Shown here piece after piece: positions 25,501 through 38,023 of a stretch of 64,000 nt of DNA; the first letter of the stretch is position 1, and the number at the start of each line of letters is the position of its first letter. The stretch is from the NCBI RefSeq assembly GCF_036588685.1, contig NC_086374.1, positions 31,868,001-31,932,000 of the forward strand. Direction: 5' to 3'. This DNA comes from Mytilus trossulus (taxonomy: Eukaryota). The notes below the pieces were generated by a model, which saw nothing but the letters and a program-made list of their open reading frames with translations, was not told the DNA's origin and did not search any database. The translations under genes and the position numbers were made by a program.

Positions 25501-28500
25501 TTTATATAAATGTATCAACAAAGCCATTGGACAAAACGTCTCAATAAATTGGGTTATTGATTAAAGTTTCTGCAATAAAGCACGAAATAAAGAAATGATT
25601 TGATAAACATTAAATGTCACAAAGTATATATAACTAAATATATGTCCAAGTTTGCTATTATAATATATTTGGAAGCTACAGACAACAATAATCTGTCATT
25701 CCATCACTTTTATAGAATTTTCCGTAGAAACATCCTTTTTAATTAGATTTTAGTTGAGAGAGGGGCATCTTACCTGACAGTTCTGATTATCTCCTGTTAT
25801 TCTCAAAGGTTTTTCATTGGCTGTTTGAATATTGCTGTCTTGTATCATAACCATTTTAACACCTGCCCTTTCCTATAATTAATAAACATCATGTCATTAT
25901 ACAAAGAGTAAAGAATTTAAAGCTTATAGACAAGTTCACTATCTTACATATATAGTCTTCACACTGAGTGGCAGCCAAGGCTTGTAAAATTGCTCTTGGG
26001 CCTGTAAAAATCAAATCTACAGGCCAACAGAATCAAACTAAAAAATTTCAAAATTTGAGATCCGGGCCTGTAGATTTAACAGTTTATTGTGAAGACTGCG
26101 ATGTAAATAAAGCAAGTTTAACAAGTTTTGAATAGCTTGACCAAAGTCAACAATGGCTGTTAATATTTGGGGAGAAAATTGTATTCCTATAAAAATAAAC
26201 AGGAATATCTCAAGAAAATCCTTAACATCGTACTGTGAAAATTAAATGCAGTTCTATTTAATAAAGCAATGTCTAAAGCTTATTTTTACCTGCAAGACTT
26301 TAATGGTCTCTCCTCCTTTTCCAATAATGAGTCCCACCTTGTTACCAGGAATCAACATTTCTACAACAGTCTGCATGTCTCCATACATTCCACCATTGCC
26401 ACCTCCTCCGTTGCCACCACCACCACCACCGACTGGTCCTCCTCCCATTCCCATCTCCATACCATTACCACTCTGTCCTCTGGCAATGATATCCTGCATC
26501 TGCTGCTTACAAGCACTGTTAAGGAAAATGAATTCATTCTTTTACTTTAACTGTACATGATTTTGTCAAAGATTCAAGTCCTCAAAATATGTGTATATAT
26601 ATATTCAATCGGAAAATTTTCTATACTACTGTCTAGTGTTATTTTGTATCTTTACCTGGATGAGCAATTGAACCAAAAATAAGACCTGTGATATATTTCT
26701 ATACCAGACGAAAACAGACATTTAATATCATAAAAATTAACTAACACTCTAGTGTGAAATGTATATCATAGTGACCAAAAATCTGCTAAACCGGCTGAGC
26801 TATGCAGATAATAATATTTACTTATATTATTAGAATGTTTTTGACAAATTGATATCAATACAAATACCACAAAAAAATTGGTATTCAACAAATAATAATG
26901 AATTCACAGTATGTCAGGTATTAACCTTATTTTCAATTCAGCTTCCTGTTGGTGATAAAATTACAAAAACAAAACCTTTGTACATACCCAATAGAAGCAG
27001 CACTCCCTGTTAGTTGGCATGGTCTATCTGGAAGTCCACCACTGTCTAAAATTGAAACCAACAAATTTCAGATTACAAACAATCTCATAAAAGACTAATT
27101 ACTTAAGGTGATTCCATATTATTCCCCTGCAACACAGTTAAGGAATCAGATAGTCAGCACTAATTTTCATATATTCAACCAATATACTAGATATAAGAAA
27201 AAAAAGTTCATTTATATTGTAATGTCCATTAAACATCATCATTGTTATATCTTGGTTTTTCTACTTTACATTGATTGATGAGATCAATTGATATACAAAA
27301 TCATTAAATGTAAGCACTTGTCACCTGGATAATAAATTTTATCAGTTGACTTGAAGCTTGTTTCTTTTGAGTGCACATTCTTTTGACATCTTATTCTTGT
27401 CAAAATTAATGTAAAGCCAGGACAATCAGAGGTTTTACTGAATTGTTTAACTTTTGTCATGATGTTTGACATAGTATCTCATTTTAAATTAAAATAAATC
27501 TTACATTACATGCGACATTGTTTATTTTGATTCAAATTGACGCCAAGTGCAAAATAGGAATAAAAAATGACAATAAAGCAAATTTCAAATAAGCAGCAGG
27601 GGAGTGATAGAAGAAAACAACAACTCTATATTAACTTTCAATAAAAACACTAAATAATAATAAATGCCAAGATTGAGTCCTTTTAAATTGGTAGGTGTTT
27701 GTCAGTGAATAAAACAAACATAGAAACTCACCAGGAGCAATCTGTATTTTACACCCAGTCTCTGCCTGTAGTCTTGTTATCTGCTCTCCTCCTTTTCCTA
27801 TTACTATAAGAAACAAAGAGTGCACACACTGAAATACCTCGCCAGCTAGCTGATAATCATTGAATCCGATGTTGAAAGATTAAAGGTCAAATTTCAAGAA
27901 GCTATGAAAATGTTGTATATGAAATCGACCAAAATGTCATATAAAGTATTACAGTTAAAAAAATATATTAGTTTTTGACTAACAGAAAATAGAACAGCAA
28001 CAAATCTGAAAACATGTCGAATGAAACTTGGTATAAAATATGAAGAAGCTATGAATAATAGTTGCTGACTAAATGACGAACATTTCATATTATAGTTATA
28101 GGGAGAGAAAAATCTTTCTCCAAACAAAAACAATGAAAAAAACTTATTGAACTGTAAAATCTAACTTACTCAACCCAACCATCTTATCTGGGACTCTAAA
28201 TTCTTCTGTGACCACCATCCCTAATCCTGCATGTGGGCCGGGCTTCTGCAGAGCTGGATTGACTGCTGGGGGCGATGTGGGTCCTCCTTTTCCTAGCTGT
28301 TGGTTAATTCTTTGAGCTGCTTCTTTAGCAGCTTGAGCTGCTGAACTTCTACTAAAAAATTCAAATTGATATCTATTAGATAATTCTGTTTACAAACATA
28401 ATCAAATGATAAAACTCCTTTTTTTTTTGGTGTGTAAAGATAATTCTGTAAAATTCCATACAAAATTATAACCACCCTGATGATATCAGAAAAATTCAAA

Positions 28501-31500
28501 TCCTTACATTAAGAGAACTAACTAGTCTAGATAATATTTAAAATCACTTCTTTCGCCTATTTTGCTTTGTAAATACTAACCAATAGTAAACTGTTTGGCC
28601 CTTAACAAAGAAAAGATCATGCCTTATTCCATTTACAGTATCATTTATGTCAGAACATTTAAAGTAGAATGGTTATTTTCATTGATCATATTAATGCCTC
28701 TTTATCAAAATTATAATCAATATAATCGTACTACAGAAAGTAAACTGTATCGGATAATTTACGTAGTTGCACCTGCAATAATTGTCTTGATATTATATAT
28801 TACTCATGACATACCTTTGTTGATCTTGGTTGGACTTGATCTGTCCTAATGCTGTGGAGAGAAACAAAAGGCAACTTTAAACCCCAACTATATCATTGTA
28901 ACCAGAGAATTGTGCCTTCTTTAAAACCCCAATACATAAATACATGCAAGAAGGACTAGTTAGGACTGTTAATGTAAATGGTTTTTTTTCTTCATACAGA
29001 TCTCTTACTTTCTTTCTCAACATTATCTAATAAAGGAAGTTGCTTGTAATTAATCAAAATTAATGAAAACAGATGTTTATTTACAGTGTAGCTATAAATG
29101 TGAATGTCCTCTCATATCTCAGTCTAAAAAAAAGTTAAAAAAAAGTTTTTTTATGTGTTTTTTATATGTTTTTAGGTACAATAACGAATATTTTTTCCAC
29201 TTTTAAATACCACTGAAAAGGCACATATGACTGATCTATTAAAAAATGTTGGGACACTTGTTTCCAGGAGTAGAGAAATTTGATTCCAAACAAAAACTGA
29301 ACTGTAAACACACAATGACATCTTGCAGTAACACAAGTCCAAATATGTTTACAAGAAATATACATTTTCAATTGACTAATAGGTCCATAATCCAATTTTA
29401 CAAAATAAAATAGTTCAGAGGCAACTTGGACTTGTGCTATATCTACAAGTAAAGCTAGCATTAATCTATAAGAAACACAAAGTTAGTTAGGTAATTCTAC
29501 AAGGTACTGCATTTTCTATGTAATCATGAAGACTGCTTTCCCATTTAAACATATAGAGATGTCATGCATACATGTGAAAGTTTAGCACATAGTGGGGATT
29601 ATTGTCCAATGTCCAAAAAAAAATTGCTATGCAGAGCGAACAAGCTTTTTTTTCTTAAATCCTGTTGATAAGACTGTAAATTTGTGTATATAATAATATG
29701 AACACTTAGTTGCCATTTCTCGAGGAAGTGGTAAACACACATTCTTTCCTCACTTTTGAGCAGAATACATAATGACAAAGAGAAAAAATGTAACCAGTTT
29801 AGATGACAATGCTCCTTATTCCAAGTTGAGTTACACTCTTCAGCAGGCTAAATAAATTCCTTATATTACCCAATTCATTCCCCATAGATTTTGGAGACCA
29901 TAGTTACGGTAAAAAACAAACCAAATAATATATTATATTTGAATAAATCATGTTTGAGAAGATAACTATTTAACATTCCTATTTTGTGTTTTATGCAAGT
30001 GCTCAATCCATCTTTGCTACTTGACAACATCATCAGTCATATTATTAAGATTCTAGTACTTAAATTTAATTTATTTTGCTTTGTGAATTTTAAAGAGCTT
30101 TTCAATACAAAACATGTAAAAGTTAAAACACAGAAGAAACAAAAGTAATGAAAAATCAATTGATAAAATAAGCATTATCCATCCTAACTATTAAAGAAAT
30201 AAATAATTGTGCTCTCATGGATTCAAAATTCAACTTTATTGTAAAACATAATCAATTACCATTGAACCTAAAACATCAATACAGTATTGATCAAGAGCTA
30301 TATATAGCTATGAATAATTGAAGATGAGGCATTGTTAAGGACACAAAAAAGCCCATTTAATATTTTGGTTCATCAAGAATTAATATTTATGGTGTTCAAA
30401 ACATCCTTTTAATTATAACCAATCTGCATAAAGACATGATCCCACTTCCATGCTTCTGCTTTAATAATCTGAACTGATGGATAATAATTCCTCTCTTGAA
30501 TTTTTTAAGATGGGCATCATTCAAGATAATGCTCTGATTACAAGTGAAGCATGGAGACAAGGATCTGTATAATAATTTTTTAGATTGAATAATATAGTGA
30601 ACAACAAGTCCTATGTATATATACATGTACCTATCATACAAGTAGCAAACCAATGCAAAGTCATACATTTATAAAATATCAATATATTTGTCAAATGACC
30701 TGATGCTCTTTATATTATTAAGTAAAATGTAACATTAATAGTTTCTTTTAACAGGGTTCAAATTCTCAGTGCTCTGAAAAACATTTTTAATGTATGTATG
30801 TATAATCCACAACATTTCTAAATATCTCCTCCAGGATTCTCCTTCAGATTGTCAACACTGAAAATTGAAGCTCTGCATTACAAAAGAAATATCATTGTCG
30901 GATAGATTTACATATATAAATATCACATATAAAACACTTACCTTAAACATCCACATTAACAAGTGTACATGCATGAGGATTAATTTATGACATTGGAAAA
31001 TAATTCATGATTATATATGCTAAGCTGTTTAAAATAGAATCAACTGTCTTTACATCCTTTTATCTCAAAACTATGAACTGGAACTGATTTCGACCTACAT
31101 GTAGCAGAATGGATGTAGGAATTTGCCACTTTATACCAATGGTCAAAAAACTATCACACTAATGTGTGGTAATCAGTCTTTTTTTTTAACTTGTCAAAAT
31201 AAACTTGTGTGTTGAGTTAATTACATTTTCAAAACAGCAAGTTTTAAATATGTTAAGAAAAAAATGTACAAATCTATTAACAATACTGGTACATTAAGAA
31301 CTTATTATTCTTCACCCCCATTTTTTTTTTAATTAAATGCATAATTCTAAAAGCATGCCATCATCTGCTTTAATCAACTGCTTCAATGACAATGGGGACT
31401 ATGTACTATAATACAAATGACTTGTTTAGTATCATCAGAATCTTATGACTGCCAAGTAAACCTTTACTTCTCCAATATCAAAAAGCTTCTATATACACCT

Positions 31501-33654
31501 ATAAATACTTAAAATAAAAAGATCTGCGAGATCTTGCTTGTCAATGGTCACAAGTATTTAATCTGAATTTTTTACTTAAAATCTGGACTAAAGTTAAACC
31601 CTGCTTTGAAATTTTTTATGAAAAATCTGAATAGATAGTTTTAATAGGTTTTTGATATTGAAATGGGTTTGAAAAACCTAAAGAATGTTATAAAAAAAAA
31701 GGTAATAAATGCCTCTGCATCTAAACAGAACTATTAAGCAACCTCTGCTTGCTTTACTTAAATGTTACATGTAAAATTATACTAAGTAAAAAATAAAGCA
31801 GACTTTCCAAATATGGTTTACTTACTACAAATTAACCCCCAATACCATTTCCTTTCAGTATATATACATATTTTGTTTACTACTATATCCTCAGATTCAT
31901 TTCAGGAGATAAAAGGATGCAATACAAATCCGTTATATAAACCAAAACACAAAAAAAATAGCAAAGTTTCTAAACAATTTAAAGAAATGTTAATTGAAAA
32001 ACATTGGACATTTGTTCCGAACCAGGATGTGCAGTGAAAGATGTGTTTTTACAAATATCACACATACGATCATTAATATCAGGAGTAGTCTTCTTGAATT
32101 CAGGTTCACCTGTAACGAAAACAAATGCAACATGTGTATCCCTACCAAAGTGAATTCACTTAGAGGCACACTGTCAATAAATATGATGAAATCCTTTTTT
32201 TGTAATCTTAAATTTTGTAAAAATGGAAGTTTAAAAAGAAACAGCATACCTCTTTTTGTGATTTTTTTCCCGTTATGCTTTTCTATGTTCCTGTTTAAGA
32301 CAATGTACCTTTAAATGATATAACAGCTAAATCCTATCAATTCACATTCAATATTGACAATATCATTTAACAAATATAATAAAAACTTTTATTCTAGTAC
32401 CTTGCCCGTCTGATTCAAATGAACGTTTCAATGGCCCTGTATCACCACCACCTTGTCCCGGCTGGTTTATCTTAGCAGCAATCTGAAAGAGGGTAAATGT
32501 AGTGTAATTTCAGGGGACTTCTCAAGCAACACTTTTTCTAGTGTTTAAAAGAAAGGTAAATTATTAAATTGCGTTTAAAAATCATATGAAAACATATTTT
32601 AACTAAAAATTAACAAAGCAAACTTGTTAACATAACCTGCAGTTCAGCAGTTGTTTGTTTATGTGGTTTACAAGCATATCTATATTTTATATAGATGAGA
32701 TTGTTGGTTTTGCTGTTTGAATGGTTTTACAAATGTCATTCTTTGGGCTCTTTACAACTTGCTGTATTGGTGCGAGCCATGTTTCTGTGTTGAAGGCTGT
32801 ACTATGAACTATGATAAAGATCGGAAACTTTTAATGCATTGAGACTTGGATCGAGAGTTGTCTCATTGGCACTGATACCACATCTTCTTCCTATAGATCT
32901 TTACAGAACAAATATACCCAAATTGATGTAGAGATGTAGTTGAATCAAGTGTTGGTAAAAATGACAAATCTCAAACATCTTTATTATCTCTAAGAGCAAA
33001 ACGGTCCAGCAACGGTGTACCATGAAAATACCAAGTAAAACAGAGACAAGTCAATTCAAATTTGACCCTAACATTATTGCATCAGGAAAATTTGGTAAAA
33101 AGTTTTATTCATATCCAATAAAATATCAATAAACAAATTTTTTTAAATATAAAATAAACAATAGCATTTTCGAGTTGAAACTATCTGACCCTCACAGAAC
33201 ACTGCTAACATTGAATATCTTTAAATTAAACGCTTCTATTCAGCTTTCGCTTTTATTTTCCCAGGAAGCCGGTGGAAAATCCAGGAATTCAGTGTGAAAC
33301 AATGGACTTTTTAGGTAAACGTAATGAAGGTGAAAAGCTTAAGTCTATGAGATTTGTAGGTATTCGGATATACTATAGCAAGATGTACTATTGTTCAGTG
33401 GCAACAACGTTTGTAAAGCATCGTGGGAAACTAACGCACGAGGTTTGCAAAGCGTGGGGGGAAATAAACGCACGCGGTCAGGAATAGCGAACCAAACGAT
33501 CGTCTGAACAAAGCTGTGGTCTAATATTAACCTGCAAACTAGATGAAAACTGAAATTAAAGTGTTTGTTTTATTTATACCTGTCGGGCACGGGCTACAGC
33601 GTCAGCAAAAGCAGCTTTTTGTGCATCAAATTGACCAGGGCCTCCCGCATCCAT
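13588..33654 (-). CDS. FUBP1: Far-upstream-element-binding protein (FUBP1/KHSRP/FUBP3, Drosophila PSI family); 4 KH domains plus C-terminal Tyr-rich boxes; 20 coding exons, about 751 aa
   Basis: Hand-built GT-AG exons with consistent phases, in transcript order: 33580-33654, 32401-32482, 32068-32109, 28815-28851, 28170-28351, 27732-27803, 26988-27045, 26290-26515, 25774-25872, 25090-25137, 20335-20388, 19686-19788, 18983-19080, 18170-18380, 17546-17709, 17079-17218, 16707-16757, 15356-15543, 14249-14413, 13588-13748 (2256 nt). Motifs: N-terminal AFADAVARARQIAAKI; KH GXXG loops GLIIGKGG, GLIIGKGG, GIVIGKNG, GLVIGKGG; C-terminal AAWAAYY and PDYSQAWAEYYRQ. The symbol denotes the family, not one vertebrate paralog. 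Confidence 0.93.
15106..15241. repeat. 62-bp tandem duplication (about 2.2 copies) in FUBP intron 18
   Basis: CCTATCATACTTCTT..GGGCATAGACATTG repeated at 15106 and 15168. Confidence 0.85.
20576..20716 (-). ncRNA. box H/ACA snoRNA candidate, array copy 1
   Basis: Hairpin 1 (GCACAU/AUGUGC lower stem; GCCCAU-UGAC/GUCA-AUGGGU upper stem), H box ACAUUA (20653-20658), hairpin 2 (UGUAAG/CUUACA), ACA (20579-20581) plus 3 nt. Intronic and sense to FUBP. Confidence 0.85.
21177..21317 (-). ncRNA. box H/ACA snoRNA candidate, array copy 2
   Basis: Same 138-nt unit (21180-21317); H box ACAUCA. Confidence 0.85.
21818..21958 (-). ncRNA. box H/ACA snoRNA candidate, array copy 3
   Basis: Same unit (21821-21958). 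Pocket UCGCUA changes to UUGUUA and stem UGAC to UGGC; both are G-U compatible. Confidence 0.82.
22549..22812 (+). mobile_element. Copy of the 553-838 repeat inserted in the snoRNA array spacer between copies 3 and 4
   Basis: Direct homology to 553-838, including the GGACAGACGGAC tract. Confidence 0.65.
22939..23079 (-). ncRNA. box H/ACA snoRNA candidate, array copy 4
   Basis: Same unit (22942-23079). UUGUUA pocket variant plus one stem mismatch (AUGUGG for AUGGGG). Confidence 0.8.
23575..23715 (-). ncRNA. box H/ACA snoRNA candidate, array copy 5
   Basis: Same unit (23578-23715); one substitution next to the apical loop of hairpin 2. Confidence 0.83.
24161..24301 (-). ncRNA. box H/ACA snoRNA candidate, array copy 6
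   Basis: Same unit (24164-24301); H box ACAUUA; UGGC stem variant. Confidence 0.85.
24732..24872 (-). ncRNA. box H/ACA snoRNA candidate, array copy 7
   Basis: Same unit (24735-24872); matches copy 1. Confidence 0.85.
25954..26098. mobile_element. Small MITE remnant in FUBP intron 8
   Basis: Terminal AGTCTTCACA / TGTGAAGACT inverted repeat with internal GGCCTGTA motifs in both orientations. Confidence 0.5.
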
Positions 33655-33667
33655 CTCCCGATACAAC

Positions 33668-33719
33668 AAAAATGGCGGAAGAGAAATTTGCAATGAATAA
33701 CTTCTGGTTTTCTGATTGG
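33668..33719 (-). promoter_or_regulatory. Putative FUBP core promoter: CCAAT box, pyrimidine (TCT-type) initiator and YY1-type motif
   Basis: The minus strand reads CCAAT (33715-33719), then TTTCTCTTCCGCCATTTT. TCTCTTC (33678-33684) fits YCTYTYY, and CCGCCATTTT fits the YY1 consensus, 14-30 nt upstream of the ATG. Confidence 0.5.
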
Positions 33720-34286
33720 ATAAAAATAGGTGAACCCCCTCTGAACATGTGCGCATTTCAACAATGACGCATTTATAAAAGAGGCTCCGAAGGGTAGATA
33801 CTGTTAGTCGATTCTTAGTCAGGCAGCCAAGGCGTAAACATATATATATATTAATTTCTATGATATAATCTAGAGTCAGACGGATATCTGTATGTCACAA
33901 ACAAACTGGCTATATTTGAGACTAAAAAGTCGCAACTGTAAAACAGAATGATAAATAATTCAAATAATTCAAATGTTATCCAATCTTAGGTCAACAAGTG
34001 GCAATCAAAGCGCTGAAGAACTGAGGTATTGTTCCAAGAAAATATGTAAGCACGTACTTGAAGTATGTGCACACAATTTTGGAAAGAATTTAAACGCATA
34101 AAATGGTACATACTTCTGACCAAAAATCAACTTGACAGCCACATTTGTGAGCAAGTTAACTGATACCAAACCGTAGAAATATATCATCAAATGACCTATA
34201 ATCTTCGAATATATACGTACAGTATATGCCATTTTTTTTTAGATAATTACATGCTGTGACAATAAAAACACAAGCAAGGCAAGCTA

Positions 34287-34319
<33 letters not shown>

Positions 34320-35289
34320 AAAAGCTTAATTATGACATGCCCTAAATGTGCATGATAAACTAGCCTGGCTACATTTAGAAATGCGATTAAATTCGCGGTA
34401 TACTATAGGAATATATGGTCACGCTGCCTGATCAAGTTGTGGACTCATCAGTTTGACATCAGGGAAAATAAAAAGGTGAAAAGCATACAGAAAAGAGAAG
34501 CACATTTTTTCCAGCCTTAGAAACAGGATGTGTAATAAATAGCATCACGGCAATATTGGAGGATCCAGGGGGTGGGGGTCCGGGGGTTGGAACCGCCTGG
34601 GGGGGGGGAGATCAATGCATTTGAGTAGGGACATATTGTTGGACCCCCTTTTGTCCTTGGTTGGGACCACCCCTCTTTTCAAGCTGGAACTGTCACCTCT
34701 CAAGGCATTATAGCGTATCTATGTCATAACATGTAAATTATTGCATCATAATTCTATGACTCTAAAACTGCAGCTTTTGTAGAATAGGGCAATGTGTTCG
34801 TAATTGCATTTTCGAATAAATAGAAAGACATGTTGAAGAAAGATTTCCGCGCTGTAATAGCGCTTGATACCATTTTGATTTTTTAAGGACATATGCAAAA
34901 TTAGTGATGTATCTTGATTATTCAGAATATATGATATATAAATTTAAATTTTTTTGTAAATTCCGTTAAAGGAAATAAGACGAGACGCGCGTCTGGGGTA
35001 CTAAATTATAATCCTGGTACCTGGGTCGATGCCACTGCTGGTGGACGTTTCGTCCCCGAGGGTATCACCAGCCCAGTAGTCAACACTTCGGTGTTGACAT
35101 GAATATCAATAATGTGGTCATTTTTATAAATTTCTAGTTAACAAAACATTGAATTTATAGAAAAACTAAGGATTTTCTTATCCCAGGAATAGATTACCTT
35201 AGCAGTATTTGGCACAACTTTTTGGAATTTTGGATCCTCAATGCTCTTCAACTTTGTACTTGTTTGGCTTTATAAATATTTTGATATGA

Positions 35290-35333
35290 GCGTCACTGAT
35301 GAGTCTTATGTAGACGAAACGCACGTCTGGCGT
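35290..35333 (+). ncRNA. Type I hammerhead ribozyme
   Basis: GCGUCA-CUGAUGA-GUCU(UAUGU)AGAC-GAAA-CGCACG-UC-UGGCGU: stem I, conserved core, stem II, minimal stem III and GUC site. Confidence 0.85.
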
Positions 35334-35648
35334 ACTAAATTATAATCCTGATACCTTTGATAACTATTAACACCACTGGGTCGATGCCACTGCTGGTGGA
35401 CGTTTCGTCCCGAGGGTATTACCAGCCCAGTAGTCAACACTTCGGTGTTGACATGAATATTAATAATGTGGTCATTTTTTTTTTATAATTTTCCAGTTAA
35501 CAAAACATTGAATTTTTAGAAAAACTAAGGATTTTCTTATCCCAGGCATAGATTACCTTAGCAATATTTGGCACAACTTTTTGGAATTTTGGATCCTCAA
35601 TGCTCCTCAACTTTGTACTTGTTTGGCTTTATGAATATTTTGATATGA

Positions 35649-35692
35649 GCGTCACTGATGAGTCTTATGTAGATGAAACACGCGTCTGGCGT
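35649..35692 (+). ncRNA. Type I hammerhead ribozyme
   Basis: Same motif; stem II GUCU/AGAU, stem III CACGCG. Confidence 0.75.
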
Positions 35693-37254
35693 ACTAAATT
35701 ATAATCCTGGTACCTTTGATAACTAATTACGATTAAAAATAGCTTTTAAGTTGATAATTCCACATCTTTTGAATCGCGTAGAAATCGCGTAGAAATCGTT
35801 AAGCCGTTTGCGCGCAAAACTCACTTTTGTGACCATACAAGCTCCAAATGGGTATATATATGACATATATATAATCATGGTCCCTATCTCCCACCCTATC
35901 GCCTTTTAATAACGATCAAGTAAACAGTTTCACAACAACAAAACATTACGACTAAAGTGGTTGTGAAACTGCATGATCACAGGACAATGCATCTGTATGG
36001 AAGCAGTTTTAAACTGAGTTCTACTGTGTGTATACCGTGTGTTTCGTTATTCGTGACATCGGCTAGAGGTATAAGAAGAGGGTTGAGCCGATATCTCAAA
36101 AAAATGTTTAAGTTGCCCCGTCGCATTGTTGCGCCAGTTTCAAGTCTGGAGCCTAATGCTTTTGTAAGTCTTGTATGTTTTTTTTTCTAATTTTAGTTAA
36201 GTAATATGTTTTGGAGTTTAGTGTGGCGTCCATTTTTTACTGGACTAGTATATACATTTTTATTTAGGGGCCAGCGGATGCCCAACTCCGGGTGTCTCGC
36301 TGCTTTAAAAACCCATTGATGGCCTTCGGTTGTTATCTGCTCTTTGGTAGGGTTATTGTCTCTTTGACATATTCCACATTTCCATTCTGAATTTTACGGG
36401 ATCACGTGTCATATCATATACATCATATAACATCACATTTCACAATTTACATACATTTGGCGAGCATGCATTTTGTATAGCTACGGCCCTCTTTAAGTAA
36501 CTGAAACTGACATACATGTATTATACATGTCACTTATAACATTATCAACATTTAAAAATCTAGACGGAAGTTCAGTAGCGTTTCTCGTTTTTTATATATA
36601 GATTAGACCGTTGATTTTCCGTTTGAATGGTTTTGCACTTGTTATTTTTTGGGGCATTTTATAGCATGTTATTCGATGTGAACCAAGGCTCGAGACAGAG
36701 AGTTGTTTCATCGGCACTCATACCACATCTTCTTATAATTAATATAGAATTAGAAAATTGATATCCTTAGTGCTATACTATTGTGTGATAGTGTAGTGGA
36801 TAATCCTGTTGTGTCACACATCTAAAAATATATTTAGTTCAAGTTCAATAATAGTTCATCACACATCTACAAATATATTTATAGTTCAAGTACAATAATA
36901 ATACTCGCTTGAGGGAAATTGAAACTATATTCTCAGGAAATGAAAACCTGCACATCGTAACTATACCAACACGTAGTCTATAACCTTTTCACAACATAAA
37001 AAACACCCACAGGACTTTACAAAAAATATTGACGAAAAATGTAAGTTTTATAGTCAGATAGTACATGTATATATGCCAGTTAAATTCGAGTATTAAAAAG
37101 ACGCACTTTGTTAATAATTGTATGTCATTGACTTGCACGGAAATGCGGAAACAGAAATCTCCAGATAAAAATGATAATTTAATTCAATACCATTATTAAG
37201 AATGACACACACGACAATTGTGTTTTTACGGTATATAATATACGTGTATGTGTA

Positions 37255-37640
37255 TCAGAGTTGGTTGACCGTTATGGAATAACCGTTTCACAGATGGTGT
37301 CAGATATGTTCCTTACCATGCTTACGTCGTAACTACAATCCCCTTCCTTACATGAATGTGACCTACCGAATTATACTATTTACCGGATTTGTTATAACAT
37401 GCATGGGCAACACGACGGGTGACACATGTGGAGCAGGATCTGCCGCTACCCCTCTGGAGCACCTAAGATGGCCCCTAGTTTTTGTTTGGGTTCGTGTTGC
37501 TTATTCTTTAGTTTTCTATGTTGTGGCATGTGCACTATTGTTTGTCTGTTTGTCTTTTTCATTTTTAGCCATGGCGTTGTCAGTTTATTTTCGATTTATG
37601 AGTTTAACTGTCCCTCTAGTATCTTTCGTCCTTCTTTTCA
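37255..37640 (+). mobile_element. Dispersed repeat fragment (probable retroelement 3' end)
   Basis: An inverted, diverged copy lies at about 57230-57506. Family assignment is not supportable without a search. Confidence 0.5.
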
Positions 37641-38023
37641 AGCCCCGCTCGGGGAGGAAGTTACGAATCAGATCTACTCTAACATCGTTAGGTTGATTTT
37701 CTATAGGAACTTCATATATTAACATAAAATCAGTTGTTATGTACAACTGATTTTATGTTTCCATAATTAATAATGACTGATTTTAGAAAATAAATATTTC
37801 CATCCGTCTTAATACAGGTTTCATGTTGTTGATAACCAAATATATATGCGGAATAGGAAACTGAGGAAACCTACTTATTGGAAGTCAAGTCATAAGGAGG
37901 TTTTGTTCTAAATTGCTGTAGGTTTGGGTGTCTCTTGGATCGGTTATAGATGGAAATATTGCCCAGCGTCGTTGGTGCAATATAAAAGGTACAATGTATG
38001 CAACATTTTCTCCTTAACTAACA

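Larger units (their letters stand above)
34978..35724 (+). mobile_element. Tandem non-LTR retrozyme-type repeat (about 2 monomers, 334 and 359 nt)
   Basis: Direct tandem duplication delimited by hammerhead cleavage triplets GTC at 34991-34993 (truncated, degenerate HHR), 35325-35327 and 35684-35686. Confidence 0.8.

Noticed and set aside
27145-27242. Possible C/D snoRNA in FUBP intron 6 (ATGATGA ... CTGA on the minus strand)
   Set aside because: No terminal stem and no recognisable rRNA-complementary guide; expected by chance in AT-rich DNA.
37352-37722. Hydrophobic 114-aa and 98-aa ORFs
   Set aside because: They lie in a T-rich dispersed repeat that has an inverted copy at about 57230-57506.
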